A DNA stretch of 64,000 nucleotides from contig CATNEN010000007.1 in assembly GCA_950097015.1 (NCBI GenBank), positions 13,082,001-13,146,000 of the forward strand. The letters run 5' to 3'. The position numbers and the translations under genes were made by a program. Positions 24,897-43,001 of the stretch are shown here, piece by piece. The notes beneath the pieces were generated by a model, which made no database searches, was not told the DNA's origin, and worked only from the letters and a program-made list of their open reading frames with translations. Positions within the stretch are counted from its first letter, which is position 1. Each line of letters begins with the position of its first letter. The stretch comes from Macrostomum hystrix. Its lineage: Eukaryota > Animalia > Platyhelminthes.

Positions 24897-27343
24897 GATT
24901 CAAATTCAATTCCCCAGCTTTTGCCATGGGATTCAATTGCCATTCCCCAGCTTCACGCGTGAGATTCAATCGCCATTCCCCAGCTTCACCCGTGAGATTC
25001 AATTGCCATTCCCCAGCTTTTGCCGTGAGATTCAATTGCCATTCCCCAGCTTTTTCCGTGAGATTCAATTGCCATTCCCCAGCTTTTGCCGTGAGATTCA
25101 ATTGCCATTCCCCAGCTTCACCCGTGAGATTCAATTGCCATTCCCCAGCTTTAGCCGTGAGATTCAATGGCCTTTCCCCAGCTTCACCCGTGAGATTCAA
25201 TCGCCATTCCCCAGCTTCACCCGTGAGATTCAATTGCCATTCCCCAGCTTCACCCGTGAGATTCAATGGCCATTCCCCAGCTTTTGCCGTGGGATTCAAT
25301 TGCCATTCCCCAGCTTTTGCCGTGGGATTCAATTGCCATTACCCAGCTTTTGCCGTGAGATTCAATTGCCATTCCCCAGCTTCACCCGTGAGATTCAATT
25401 GCCATTCCCCAGCTTTTGCCGTGAGATTCAATTGCCATCCCCCAGCTTTAGCCGTGAGATTCAATTGCCATTCCCCAGCTTCACCCGTGAGATTCAATTG
25501 CCATTCCCCAGCTTCACCCGTGAGATTCAATTGCCATTCCCCAGCTTCACCCGTGAGATTCAATCGCCTTTCCCCTGCTTCACCCGTGAGATTCAATGGC
25601 CATTCCCCAGCTTTTGCCGTGAGATTCAATTGCCATTCCCCAGCTTTAGCCGTGAGGTTCAATTGCCATTCCCCAGCTTCACCCGTGAGATTCAATCGCC
25701 ATTCCCCAGCTTCACCCGTGAGATTCAATGGCCATTCCATAGCTTTTGCCGTGAGATTCAATGGCCATTCCCCAGCTTTTGCCGTGAGATTCAATGGCCA
25801 TTCCCCAGCTTTTTCCGTGAGATTCAATTGCCATTCCCCAGCTTCACCCGTGAGATTCAATGGCCATTCCCCAGCTTTAGCCGTGAGATTCAATGGCCAT
25901 TCCGCAGCTTCACCCGTGAGATTCAATTGCCATTCCCCAGCTTCACCCGTGAGATTCAATTGCCATTCCCCAGCTTCACCCGTGAGATTCAATGGCCATT
26001 CCCCAGCTTCACCCGTGAGATTCAATTGCCATTCCCCAGCTTTTGCCGTGAGATTCAATGGCCATTCCCCAGCTTCACCCGTGAGATTCAATTGCCATTC
26101 CCCAGCTTCACCCGTGAGATTCAATTGCCATTCCCCAGCTTTTGCCGTGAGATTCAATGGCCATTCCCCAGCTTTTGCCGTGAGATTCAATTGCCATTCC
26201 CCAGCTTCACCCGTGAGATTCAATGGCCATTCCCCAGCTTTTGCCGTGAGATTCAATGGCCATTCCCCAGCTTTTGGCATGAGATTCAATGGCCATTCCC
26301 CAGCTTTTGCCGTGAGATTCAATGGCCATTCCCCAGCTTTTTCCGTGAGATTCAATTGCCATTCCCCAGCTTTTGCCGTGAGATTCAATGGCCATTCCCC
26401 AGCTTTTTCCGTGAGATTCAATGGCCATTCCCCAGCTTCACCCGTGAGATTCAATTGCCATTCCCCAGCTTCACCCGTGAGATTCAATTGCCATTCCCCA
26501 GCTTCACCCGTGAGATTCAATTGCCATTCCCCAGCTTCACCCGTGAGATTCAATGGCCATTCCCCAGCTTTTGCCGTGGGATTCAATTGCCATTCCCCAG
26601 CTTTAGCCGTGAGATTCAATTGCCATTCCCCAGCTTCACCCGTGAGATTCAATGGCCATTCCCCAGCTTCACCCGTGAGATTCAATGGCCATTCCCCAGC
26701 TTCACCCGTGAGATTCAATTGCCATTCCCCAGCTTCACCCGTGAGATTCAATGGCCATTCCCCAGCTTCACCCGTGAGATTCAATGGCCATTCCCCAGCT
26801 TAACCCGTGAGATTCAATTGCCATTCCCCAGCTTCACCCGTGAGATTCAATTGCCATTCCCCAGCTTCACCCGTGAGATTCAATTGCCATTCCCCAGCTT
26901 TTGCCGTGAGATTCAATGGCCATTCCCCAGCTTTTGCCGTGAGATTCAATGGCCATTCCCCAGCTTCACCCGTGAGATTCAATTGCCATTCCCCAGCTTC
27001 ACCCGTGAGATTCAATGGCCATTCCCCAGCTTCACCCGTGAGATTCAATGGCCATTCCCCAGCTTCACCCGTGAGATTCAATGGCCATTCCCCAGCTTCA
27101 CCCGTGAGATTCAATGGCCATTCCATAGCTTTTGCCGTGAGATTCAATGGCCATTCCCCAGCTTCACCCGTGAGATTCAATGGCCATTCCCCAGTTTCAC
27201 CCGTGAGATTCAATGGCCATTCCCCAGCTTCACCCGTGAGATTCAATGGCCATTCCATAGCTTCACCCGTGAGATTCAATCGCCATTCCCCAGCTTTTGC
27301 CGTGAGATTCAATGGCCATTCCCCAGCTTTAGCCGTGAGACTC
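24897..27343. repeat. 33-bp satellite (GAGATTCAATTGCCATTCCCCAGCTTCACCCGT), ~74 copies
   Basis: Direct periodicity; source of the spurious 825/625/481 aa ORFs. Confidence 0.97.
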
Positions 27344-27712
27344 AGGCGAAATTATGTTGCACTTTAATTTAAGAATTTCGAAATTTACGAAAAGAAAATT
27401 GTTATAAAAATACTAAAGTAGCTTATCAATAAATAATAACAGTAATAGTAAAGCGCAGTCAACTGATCAATAAGTTGTTAAATAAAAATCTATTCATAAC
27501 GGGAAGTATACGCTCGTACATATGATACTGTTAGTAGGCAATTAAACATCTTAATGAAAATGTAGCAGTGGCTTCAGATCCAGAAAGCTTTGCTTGTTGT
27601 TTTGGCACTCATTGGAATGGGAAAATGCATGACAAGAATGTCATACTGATATTTGAAATACTGCTTCATAGTTTAGTTTTGTGCTAGCAAGCTAGTGAAA
27701 AGTAAAAGAGAA

Positions 27713-30193
27713 GAGCCCCTCTCAAGCACCCAGCCTACACTGCAGCAGTGATATCAGGATTCTGCATATTCTGAGTCTCTGTGCCCCTCTCAAGCACCCA
27801 GCCTACACTGCAGCAGTGATATCAGGATTCTGCATATTCTGAGTCTCTGAGCCCCTCTCAAGCACCCAGCCTACACTGCAGCAGTGATATCAGGATTCTG
27901 CATATTCTGAGTCTCTGAGCCCCTCTCAAGCACCCAGCCTACACTGCAGCAGTGATATCAGGATTCTGCATATTCTGAGTCTCTGTGCCCCTCTCAAGCA
28001 CCCAGCCTACACTGCAGCAGTGATATCAGGATTCTGCATATTCTGAGTCTCTGAGCCCCTCTCAAGCACCCAGCCTACACTGCAGCAGTGATATCAGGAT
28101 TCTGCATATTCTGAGTCTCTGAGCCCCTCTCAAGCACCCAGCCTACACTGCAGCAGTGATATCAGGATTCTGCATATTCTGAGTCTCTGAGCCCCTCTCA
28201 AGCACCCAGCCTACACTGCAGCAGTGATATCAGGATTCTGCATATTCTGAGTCTCTGAGCCCCTCTCAAGCACCCAGCCTACACTGCAGCAGTGATATCA
28301 GGATTCTGCATATTCTGAGTCTCTGTGCCCCTCTCAAGCACCCAGCCTACACTGCAGCAGTGATATCAGGATTCTGCATATTCTGAGTCTCTGAGCCCCT
28401 CTCAAGCACCCAGCCTACACTGCAGCAGTGATATCAGGATTCTGCATATTCTGAGTCTCTGTGCCCCTCTCAAGCACCCAGCCTACACTGCAGCAGTGAT
28501 ATCAGGATTCTGCATATTCTGAGTCTCTGAGCCCCTCTCAAGCACCCAGCCTTCACTGCAGCAGTGATATCAGGATTCTGCATATTCTGAGTCTCTGAGC
28601 CCCTCTCAAGCACCCAGCCTACACTGCAGCAGTGATATCAGGATTCTGCATATTCTGAGTCTCTGTGCCCCTCTCAAGCACCCAGCCTACACTGCAGCAG
28701 TGATATCAGGATTCTGCATATTCTGAGTCTCTGAGCCCCTCTCAAGCACCCAGCCTACACTGCAGCAGTGATATCAGGATTCTGCATATTCTGAGTCTCT
28801 GAGCCCCTCTCAAGCACCCAGCCTACACTGCAGCAGTGATATCAGGATTCTGCATATTCTGAGTCTCTGAGCCCCTCTCAAGCACCCAGCCTACACTGCA
28901 GCAGTGATATCAGGATTCTGCATATTCTGAGTCTCTGAGCCCCTCTCAAGCACCCAGCCTTCACTGCAGCAGTGATATCAGGATTCTGCATATTCTGAGT
29001 CTCTGTGCCCCTCTCAAGCACCCAGCCTACACTGCAGCAGTGATATCAGGATTCTGCATATTCTGAGTCTCTGTGCCCCTCTCAAGCACCCAGCCTACAC
29101 TGCAGCAGTGATATCAGGATTCTGCATATTCTGAGTCTCTGAGCCCCTCTCAAGCACCCAGCCTACACTGCAGCAGTGATATCAGGATTCTGCATATTCT
29201 GAGTCTCTGAGCCCCTCTCAAGCACCCAGCCTACACTGCAGCAGTGATATCAGGATTCTGCATATTCTGAGTCTCTGAGCCCCTCTCAAGCACCCAGCCT
29301 ACACTGCAGCAGTGATATCAGGATTCTGCATATTCTGAGTCTCTGAGCCCCTCTCAAGCACCCAGCCTACACTGCAGCAGTGATATCAGGATTCTGCATA
29401 TTCTGAGTCTCTGTGCCCCTCTCAAGCACCCAGCCTACACTGCAGCAGTGATATCAGGATTCTGCATATTCTGAGTCTCTGAGCCCCTCTCAAGCACCCA
29501 GCCTACACTGCAGCAGTGATATCAGGATTCTGCATATTCTGAGTCTCTGAGCCCCTCTCAAGCACCCAGCCTACACTGCAGCAGTGATATCAGGATTCTG
29601 CATATTCTGAGTCTCTGTGCCCCTCTCAAGCACCCAGCCTACACTGCAGCAGTGATATCAGGATTCTGCATATTCTGAGTCTCTGAGCCCCTCTCAAGCA
29701 CCCAGCCTACACTGCAGCAGTGATATCAGGATTCTGCATATTCTGAGTCTCTGAGCCCCTCTCAAGCACCCAGCCTACACTGCAGCAGTGATATCAGGAT
29801 TCTGCATATTCTGAGTCTCTGTGCCCCTCTCAAGCACCCAGCCTACACTGCAGCAGTGATATCAGGATTCTGCATATTCTGAGTCTCTGAGCCCCTCTCA
29901 AGCACCCAGCCTACACTGCAGCAGTGATATCAGGATTCTGCATATTCTGAGTCTCTGAGCCCCTCTCAAGCACCCAGCCTACACTGCAGCAGTGATATCA
30001 GGATTCTGCATATTCTGAGTCTCTGAGCCCCTCTCAAGCACCCAGCCTACACTGCAGCAGTGATATCAGGATTCTGCATATTCTGAGTCTCTGAGCCCCT
30101 CTCAAGCACCCAGCCTACACTGCAGCAGTGATATCAGGATTCTGCATATTCTGAGTCTCTGTGCCCCTCTCAAGCACCCAGCCTACACTGCAG
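27713..30193. repeat. 68-bp satellite, ~36 near-identical copies
   Basis: GCCCCT starts at 27715, 27783 ... Confidence 0.97.
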
Positions 30194-30686
30194 TAGTAAG
30201 TAGTGAATTAAAATCCAGGATGTTTATTTGATGTCTCAAATTTCGGATTCTCATATTATAATTTCTAAACCGCTTATGATGTCGGCAGTTCCTGACCAAT
30301 AAAATGCCTACTCCTCGTGCTCCAAGCGCAAGTCGCTCCGCTTTAGTTTGCTTACGTGGAGCAATTTCACGGCAATAAATGGCTCATAAATTAACATGGG
30401 ACCAACTGCTCGTGAGCTCACATGGCGACATCTGTCAGCATCACCGAGTCTTTGTCCTGAGCATCAGCGAGTGTCTCCAGGGGACATTGTTTGCCACACA
30501 GCTCGCATCAAATCCGCATGTCATCCATGCAGCCCCAGAATCGCAGACCGGAACTCAAATTTTCCTGCGTATCTGAGGGGATTCTGAACATGCGAGAGCT
30601 GGAAACGGAATTCCCTCTGTCTTGTACATGCCTCCGCCGCTTCCTTCAAGCGAAAAATTAACAAGCAGAGGTTTATTGAGTATCAA

Positions 30687-32123
30687 CCTGATGTGACTGC
30701 AGTGAGAGTTCAGTGGATGATTCAGCCACATGCTGCAGCACTCTGTCCCTGATGTGACTGCAGTGAGAGTTCAGCAGATGATTCAGCCACATGCTGCAGC
30801 ACTCTGTCCCTGATGTGGCTGCAGTGAGAGTTCAGTGGATGATTCAGCCACATGCTGCAGCACTCTGTCCCTGATGTGACTGCAGTGAGAGTTCAGCAGA
30901 TGATTCAGCCACATGCTGCAGCACTCTGTCCCTGATGTGACTGCAGTGAGAGTTCAGCAGATGATTCAGCCACATGCTGCAGCACTCTGTCCCTGATGTG
31001 ACTGCAGTGAGAGTTCAGTGGATGATTCAGCCACATGCTGCAGCACTCTGTCCCTGATGTGACTGCAGTGAGAGTTCAGTGGATGATTCAGCCACATGCT
31101 GCAGCACTCTGTCCCTGATGTGACTGCAGTGAGAGTTCAGCAGATGATTCAGCCACATGCTGCAGCACTCTGTCCCTGATGTGGCTGCAGTGAGAGTTCA
31201 GTGGATGATTCAGCCACATGCTGCAGCACTCTGTCCCTGATGTGACTGCAGTGAGAGTTCAGCAGATGATTCAGCCACATGCTGCAGCACTCTGTCCCTG
31301 ATGTGGCTGCAGTGAGAGTTCAGTGGATGATTCAGCCACATGCTGCAGCACTCTGTCCCTGATGTGACTGCAGTGAGAGTTCAGCAGATGATTCAGCCAC
31401 ATGCTGCAGCACTCTGTCCCTGATGTGACTGCAGTGAGAGTTCAGCAGATGATTCAGCCACATGCTGCAGCACTCTGTCCCTGATGTGACTGCAGTGAGA
31501 GTTCAGCAGATGATTCAGCCACATGCTGCAGCACTCTGTCCCTGATGTGACTGCAGTGAGAGTTCAGCAGATGATTCAGCCACATGCTGCAGCACTCTGT
31601 CCCTGATGTGACTGCAGTGAGAGTTCAGCAGATGATTCAGCCACATGCTGCAGCACTCTGTCCCTGATGTGACTTCAGTGAGAGTTCAGCAGATGATTCA
31701 GCCACATGCTGCAGCACTCTGTCCCTGATGTGACTGCAGTGAGAGTTCAGTGGATGATTCAGCCACATGCTGCAGCACTCTGTCCCTGATGTGACTGCAG
31801 TGAGAGTTCAGTGGATGATTCAGCCACATGCTGCAGCACTCTGTCCCTGATGTGACTGCAGTGAGAGTTCAGTGGATGATTCAGCCACATGCTGCAGCAC
31901 TCTGTCCCTGATGTGACTGCAGTGAGAGTTCAGTGGATGATTCAGCCACATGCTGCAGCACTCTGTCCCTGATGTGACTGCAGTGAGAGTTCAGTGGATG
32001 ATTCAGCCACATGCTGCAGCACTCTGTCCCTGATGTGACTGCAGTGAGAGTTCAGTGGATGATTCAGCCACATGCTGCAGCACTCTGTCCCTGATGTGAC
32101 TGCAGTGAGAGTTCAGTGGATGA
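30687..32123. repeat. 61-bp satellite, ~23 copies
   Basis: Unit CCTGATGTGACTGCAGTGAGAGTTCAGTGGATGATTCAGCCACATGCTGCAGCACTCTGTC. Confidence 0.97.
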
Positions 32124-32354
32124 GCGAGTCAAAGTCTAGATGTTTGGCAACAGACTCAAATAGAGCTGCTTCAGCCTGGAAAAGTGAACAGCCAGCAAAA
32201 GGTGGGTTGTGAATTGCTTTGGCTGCTAAGCCTCTGGCTGCAACTGCAGGTGCCGTCTATTTACACATTAATCAAGAAGGGATTCGAACTATAGTAGATG
32301 TTCAAATAGGCTAATCAGTTAGGCATTTGTCAGTGAAACTACTCAAACGAGTGC

Positions 32355-36529
<4,175 letters not shown>

Positions 36530-36609
36530 TGATTGATTTTTGTCTGCCTCGCTTCAAAAATAGCTCACGCGGATCAGCTCTGTTGGATTTGCGTGCCCTT
36601 CTCTCCCCA

Positions 36610-36920
36610 GAGCAAATTTTATAAACTCGCAAAATTTTATAAAGCTAGAAAGGCAGGAGATGCGGCAGGATTTTTTCCCTGCTCCGTTGGGGAAAATTTC
36701 CTGGAGATCAAGGAGGGAGGAGCGGGGGTAGGGCGGGGCGGAGCCCCGATCTCACATCAGCCCTCTCAGGCGGACCAATCGCTGGAGCCGAAGTTGAGGG
36801 GTCCGAGCTGTGGCAGGGCGATGGGGCTGGCCCCGCCTGCTCAGTGACGCATCCCTCAATTAGTCAGAATGCCGCACTGTCTCCCTTCCCTCAGCGCGAC
36901 AGCGACTTAATGCGATTAGG
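36610..36920 (-). promoter_or_regulatory. Phox2 proximal promoter: duplicated TATA, GC box, CCAAT, P3 homeodomain palindrome
   Basis: Two minus-strand TATAAAA at ~36617-36641; GGGCGGGGCGG ~36731; CCAAT ~36775; TAATGCGATTA 36908-36918. Confidence 0.5.
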
Positions 36921-37609
36921 CCCAATCAAATATTTATCGAGCCCCCAGGCTCTTCAGCCTTTTTGCAGATGCTGAAGCAGCAGCAGCAGCAGCAGGAGCA
37001 GCAAATATTTTCGCTCCTTTTTCATGCGCGGCGTTCTCCCAAGGCTCCGGAATTAATGAGCGGCCGGCTGCACGGGCCGGGGCAACAGGCTGCCGCCGCT
37101 CGGCCTAATCGATGGGACAAGGCGGCCTCGAGCTGGCGGGGAAGGCGATCGAGCGAGAAAAATTCTCTCCCTGTCTCGGCCCTGCTGATACTGCGGCAGC
37201 TCCCCGGAGGTGTCGCAGGCTTCGGCCTGCCTCCCGGGCACCCGAGTGAAAGGTCGAGCTGGGATTTCTTGGCAGGGCGCATCCGTCACTGGCGGCGATT
37301 TTCTGCAAAGTTCGCTTTTGCCTTTCATTTGGGCGGGATAGAAAATGGTTGAGGACAAACACACTGTGCAAGCAATGCTTTGAATAGTCCTGGATTATCA
37401 CAGACCTTGCACACGAGGAACTCAGCTTGATCTTCCGTATTTGTCTGCACTCGAGAAAGCCAAGTAGACCCTCGCATGCTAGATCAATATGCCAGACTTT
37501 TCTGCATTACGACATCACAGAGATTTAGATCATCCATGAATACGACAAAAATATGCGCAACATAAGCTTGCTCGCACTGCTAATCCCATGACCATCAGCA
37601 CCAGCAAGC

Positions 37610-39222
37610 TGCTTATTACAGTACAAGTGCTGCATGCCCACTGGCTTATTACACAAGTGCTGCATGCCCACTGGCTTATTACACAAGTGCTGCATGCCCA
37701 CTGGCTTATTACACAGGTGCTGCATGCCCACTGGCTTATTACACAAGTGCTGCATGCCCACTGGCTTATTACACAGGTGCTGCATGCCCACTGGCTTATT
37801 ACACAAGTGCTGCATGCCCACTGGCTTATTACACAGGTGCTGCAGGCCCACTGGCTTATTACACAGGTGCTGCATGCTGATGGGCTTATTACACAGGTGC
37901 TGCATGCTGACGGGCTTATTACACAAGTGCTGCATGCCCACTGGCTTATTACACAGGTGCTGCATGCCCACTGGCTTATTACACAGGTGCTGCGTGCCCA
38001 CTGGCTTATTACACAAGTGCTGCATGCCCACTGGCTTATTACACAAGTGCTGCATGCCCACTGGCTTATTACACAAGTGCTGCATGCCCACTGGCTTATT
38101 ACACAGGTGCTGCATGCCCACTGGCTTATTACACAGGTGCTGCATGCCCACTGGCTTATTACACAGGTGCTGCATGCCCACTGGCTTATTACACAAGTGC
38201 TGCATGCCCACTGGCTTATTACACAGGTGCTGCAGGCCCACTGGCTTATTACACAGGTGCTGCATGCTGATGGGCTTATTACACAGGTGCTGCATGCTGA
38301 CGGGCTTATTACACAAGTGCTGCATGCCCACTGGCTTATTACACAAGTGCTGCATGCCCACTGGCTTATTACACAGGTGCTGCATGCCCACTGGCTTATT
38401 ACACAGGTGCTGCATGCCCACTGGCTTATTACACAAGTGCTGCATGCCCACTGGCTTATTACACAGGTGCTGCATGCCCACTGGCTTATTACACAAGTGC
38501 TGCATGCCCACTGGCTTATTACACAGGTGCTGCAGGCCCACTGGCTTATTACACAGGTGCTGCATGCCCACTGGCTTATTACACAGGTGCTGCATGCTGA
38601 TGGGCTTATTACACAGGTGCTGCATGCTGACGGGCTTATTACACAGGTGCTGCATGCTGACGGGCTTATTACACAGGTGCTGCAGGCCCACTGGCTTATT
38701 ACACAGGTGCTGCGTGCCCACTGGCTTATTACACAGGTGCTGCATGCCCACTGGCTTATTACACAGGTGCTGCATGCCCACTGGCTTATTACACAGGTGC
38801 TGCATGCCCACTGGCTTATTACACAGGTGCTGCATGCCCACTGGCTTATTACACAGGTGCTGCATGCCCACTGGCTTATTACACAGGTGATGCATTCCCG
38901 CTTGCTTATTGCACAGGTGCTGCATGCTGACGGGCTTATTACACAGGTGCTGCATGCTGACGGGCTTATTACACAGGTGATGCATTCCCGCTTGCTTATT
39001 GCTCAGGTGCTGCATGCCCACTGGCTTATTACACAGGTGCTGCATGCCCACTGGCTTATTACACAGGTGCTGCATGCCCACTGGCTTATTACACAGGTGC
39101 TGCATGCCCACTGGCTTATTACACAGGTGCTGCATGCCCACTGGCTTATTGCACAGGTGCTGCATGCTGACGGGCTTATTACACAGGTGATGCATTCCCG
39201 CTTGCTTATTGCACAGGTACTG
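37610..39222. repeat. 30-bp satellite (ACACAGGTGCTGCATGCCCACTGGCTTATT), ~54 copies
   Basis: Direct periodicity; source of the spurious 550 aa ORFs. Confidence 0.97.
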
Positions 39223-39239
39223 ATTGATCTTATAAAGTG

Positions 39240-39775
39240 AAGGTGCTGAATGATCATATAGCGAAAGTGATGATTGATTATAGCTCAGGTGTAATGGTCA
39301 TAGCTCAGTTATACTGCTCATAGCTCTGTTGCTGAATGATCATAGCACAGGTGCTGAATGCTCATAGCACAGGTGCTGAATGCTCATGGCTCAGGTGCTG
39401 ATGATCATATCTCGGGTGCTGAATGATGATAGCTTAAGTGCTGAATACTCATAGCTCTGGTGTAATGCTCATAGCTCAGGTGTAATGCTCATAGCTCAGG
39501 TGTAATTCTCATAGCTCAGGTGTAATGCTCATAGCTCAGGTGTAATGCTCATAGCTCAGGTGTAGTGCTCATAGCTCAGGTGTAATGCTCATAGCTCAGG
39601 TGTAATGCTCATAGCTCAGGTGTAATGCTCATAGCTCAGGTGTAATGCTCATAGCTCAGGTGCTGAATGCTCATAGCTCAGGTGTAATGCTCATAGCTCA
39701 GGTGCTGAATGCTCATAGCTCAGGTGTAATGCTCATAGCTCAGGTGCTGAATGCTCATAGCTCAGGTTCTGAATG
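39240..39775. repeat. 20/22-bp minisatellite (GCTCATAGCTCAGGTGTAAT)
   Basis: Direct periodicity; shares the CAGGTGCTG.ATGC core with the adjacent 30-bp array. Confidence 0.9.
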
Positions 39776-40362
39776 ACAATTTTTACGGTTCCACCAGTAA
39801 CAGACAGGGCTATGATGGAGCCTTAGGCCGATGGAGTAATTTTTTCTCAATAATTTCGCCAGAATGCACAACCTGCACGCCTCATCAAACAGTGCCGCTT
39901 TACTCAGCCACTTTCATTCGCCTTTCAATCACTCAGCCATGGCTGACACTGATCCGCGGCAGATATTGACTGGGGCAGGGATCAGAGGGCTGCTTGTGTG
40001 GCGTTCTGTCCAATTTCCCGGAGAGCCGCAGCCAGCAGCCATCTGGGATTCTAAAAATGCTGCCCCGTTAATTGGGCAGGCGCGACCAGCCCGCAGTGAT
40101 TAATGAGATGAAAATTGATTTTCACAGGCCATTGCCAGACTTCATCATCGTTACTGCAGCTCGAAATTATCCTTGAAACTTTCTCTTATAACTCTCGTGG
40201 AAGATGAGAACGAAATCGAGACTGATTCGAGCTGGATGGTCCCCGCAGCGCGTCGGAAGCAAGTGGCAAAATAAACTGCTCAGACTCAGCCGGAGACACA
40301 TCAATAATTCAAGCTGAGGCGAGGCCAGAACTGCAGATAATAGCTGCATGGAAACGGATGTG

Positions 40363-40400
<38 letters not shown>

Positions 40401-40696
40401 TGCAGGACTCCCCTGGGTCACTTCCACAGGCAAGACTGCTCCACAGATAATCTCTGCTGCTGAGCCACTTCCGGTTTTGTGAGGCCTGGCTCGGTTGCCG
40501 GGCCGCTGCTGGACATCCGGTTCCTGCAGTCACTGGGCTACTTGTGATGCCCCGAGCACATGTGCTCTTCCTCTCACCTTGTCAGCTCGCATCAGTGTTC
40601 AACCCACATTGCCTTCCCCACCGATTATTAAAGCGTGCAATCGCACGCATTCTGTGTTGTTCTTTGCTGCGATTGCACGCAAACTGTTTATTAACT

Positions 40697-41237
40697 GTTT
40701 CCTGAACAGTTAGCATCCAGATGACTTCCATTATTTATAGTTGCTGTGACGTTGGTGGCTTCAGGTTTCCTGAACAGTTAGCATCCAGATGACTTCCCTT
40801 TTTTATAGTTGGTGTGACGTTGGTGGCTTCAGGTTTCCTGAACAGTTAGCATCCAGATGACTTCCCTTATTTATAGTTGCTGTGACGTTGGTGGCTTCAG
40901 GTTTCCTGAACAGTTAGCATCCAGATGACTTCCCTTATTTATAGTTGCTGTGACGTTGGTGGCTTCAGGTTTCCTGAACAGTTAGCATCCAGATGACTTC
41001 CCTTATTTATAGTTGCTGTGACGTTGGTGGCTTCAGGTTTCCTGAACAGTTAGCATCCAGATGACTTCCATTATTTATAGTTGGTGTGACGTTGGTGGCT
41101 TCAGGTTTCCTGAACAGTTAGCATCCAGATGACTTCCATTATTTATAGTTGGTGTGACGTTGGTGGCTTCAGGTTTCCTGAACAGTTAGCATCCAGATGA
41201 CTTCCATTATTTATAGTTGGTGTGACGTTGGTGGCTA
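40697..41237. repeat. 68-bp minisatellite, 8 copies (unrelated to the 27.7-kb 68-mer)
   Basis: Unit GTTTCCTGAACAGTTAGCATCCAGATGACTTCCCTTATTTATAGTTGCTGTGACGTTGGTGGCTTCAG. Confidence 0.95.
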
Positions 41238-41690
41238 TGCTGTTGATCACTGTCATAGCATTCCAGAGAATGCCCTGCATTCTCTCGCCAACCTTTACGA
41301 TGCTTTGCAGGCTACTAACAGTAGCCAAAACATATGGTATCCACAGTGTCTTGCAGACTTGGAAAATCCGGTACCTAGAAAACAGTATCCCACAAGCACA
41401 TGGCTGTATTGAATGCATTTTAGTCCATTTTTTAGTTTAAAAGTTTTCATATTCGTTGGCTGCTTCTGTGCCTCTGAAATGAAAATGCGTAAAGAAAACC
41501 TTAACTGAAATTCTCAAGCACTGCTTCGTACGAGGTTCTCACAATTAGAGCCAAAGCTGACCCAGATAGCTAGCGCAAGCGGAAACGCTGGTCAGCCTTG
41601 GGGTGCACGAGTTTATTTAATGGGCATAGAAAAAGTCAGGCTAGAAATAGGTCCATTTCAATCGCCTTGGTTTGAATTCATGAGGCTGTG

Positions 41691-42167
41691 TCAGCGGCGG
41701 CGCTTCCTCCGTTTGTCAGCAGTGGAAGCGAGGCTGTGCATGACACGGCAGTAGACACCATTGGGGTCAGCCTGCGCGCACATCATGAAGGAGGTGGTGA
41801 AGCCACCATCGGCTTCGCAGCTGACTTGGTTGCAGCCATCAAAGTAACGGAAGGCGCCTTCACGTTTTCTGCAGACCCTGGCAGGCTCGAGATTGCTGCA
41901 GCTGAAGGGGCCGAGCTGCTTGAACACCTCAGCCGTCTTGGCGCGGCACTCGCGCCGCTCCTCATTCGACTGGGGCGAGGAACACCAGCGCATGGTAGAT
42001 ACGAATTGGCCGCTGCCCGTGCACTCCACTCCGTTGCAGCCGTCGTTGTACTTAAAGCCAGCTCTTGCGATGGAGCACACAAGATTGGCGTCCAGCTGCG
42101 GGCACGTCTGGCCCGACACCACCAGAGCGGTAGCGCCAATCAACAGGAGAGACAGAAATGACGTCAT
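41691..42167 (-). CDS. Small secreted Cys-rich protein with two pacifastin-like repeats (putative serine protease inhibitor), 158 aa, intronless
   Basis: Signal peptide MTSFLSLLLIGATALVVSG; repeats C-x12-CNGVEC-TGSG-QFV-STMRWC and C-x12-CNQVSC-EADG-GFT-TSFMMC; TATA-like CATAAAT ~42250; AATAAA at ~41617-41612. Confidence 0.8.
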   Translation of the reverse strand: MTSFLSLLLIGATALVVSGQTCPQLDANLVCSIARAGFKYNDGCNGVECTGSGQFVSTMRWCSSPQSNEERRECRAKTAEVFKQLGPFSCSNLEPARVCRKREGAFRYFDGCNQVSCEADGGFTTSFMMCAQADPNGVYCRVMHSLASTADKRRKRRR

Positions 42168-42761
42168 ATCAGTTGCTATGCCAGTAAAACTTAATCGAAC
42201 TCTGGCTGAGGGGCTGAGGGCTGCTACATCGTAGAATGGAGCAGCGTATTTATGCTCTGCGAGCTAATCGGCCAGGCTGTAGGTCGTAAAGCCGTCTTTC
42301 ATTTTGATCAATAGTTGGCGCCATGTATGTGAAAGCGCGGTGCAAGTTCGCTACAGAAATCGAGCAATGTAGAAACAGTTACGAGCGTAAAGCTGTGGGT
42401 CTCATATCGAACATGGAGATCTGAGCGAAAACTCGATCAGGACCTGCGCAGTTACGCCGCGATACAACTTGCTGCTACATTGAAATTTTTCATAACATAG
42501 CAAAATCGATTTGGGTTTCGGAAGTTTCAACTTATAGAGCTTTTAAAAGGCCTATCGGAGCGGCCCGCTATAATTGTCCTCAGCTGCGCCATTTGCGTGT
42601 AGGAAAAATGTAGAAATTAACTAAAAAACTGAGCCTTTACAATCTTGAAGCCATTCCAGACTATTTGAATTAGCCCTTGAGCTTTGGTTCCATTCTGGAC
42701 TTGATTATTAAATGCGAAAAATATTAAACATATTTTCCAGTTTTTAGCCAACAAAAACGCG

Positions 42762-43001
42762 TTTTCTGCAGTGTACCAGCTATAGATTTATTGTCAGCAT
42801 ACCCACCCATTCACAAATTAGGTCGTGTACCTATTGAATGCTTTTCTGCAGTGTACCAGCTATAGATTTATTGTCAGCATACCCACCCATTCACAAATTA
42901 GGTCGTGTACCTATTGAATGCTTTTCTGCAGTGTACCAGCTATAGATTTATTGTCAGCATACCCACCCATTCACAAATTAGGTCGTGTACCTATTGAATG
43001 C
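42762..43001. repeat. 80-bp tandem repeat, 3 copies
   Basis: TATAGATTTA at 42781, 42861, 42941. Confidence 0.93.

Noticed and set aside
10645-32123. CRISPR-like appearance of 28-68 bp repeats
   Set aside because: Head-to-tail units with no unique spacers, no cas genes, eukaryotic context
41555-41597. Hairpin with a GAAA loop inside the inverted-repeat arm (hammerhead ribozyme?)
   Set aside because: Lacks the CUGANGA core and a three-stem arrangement
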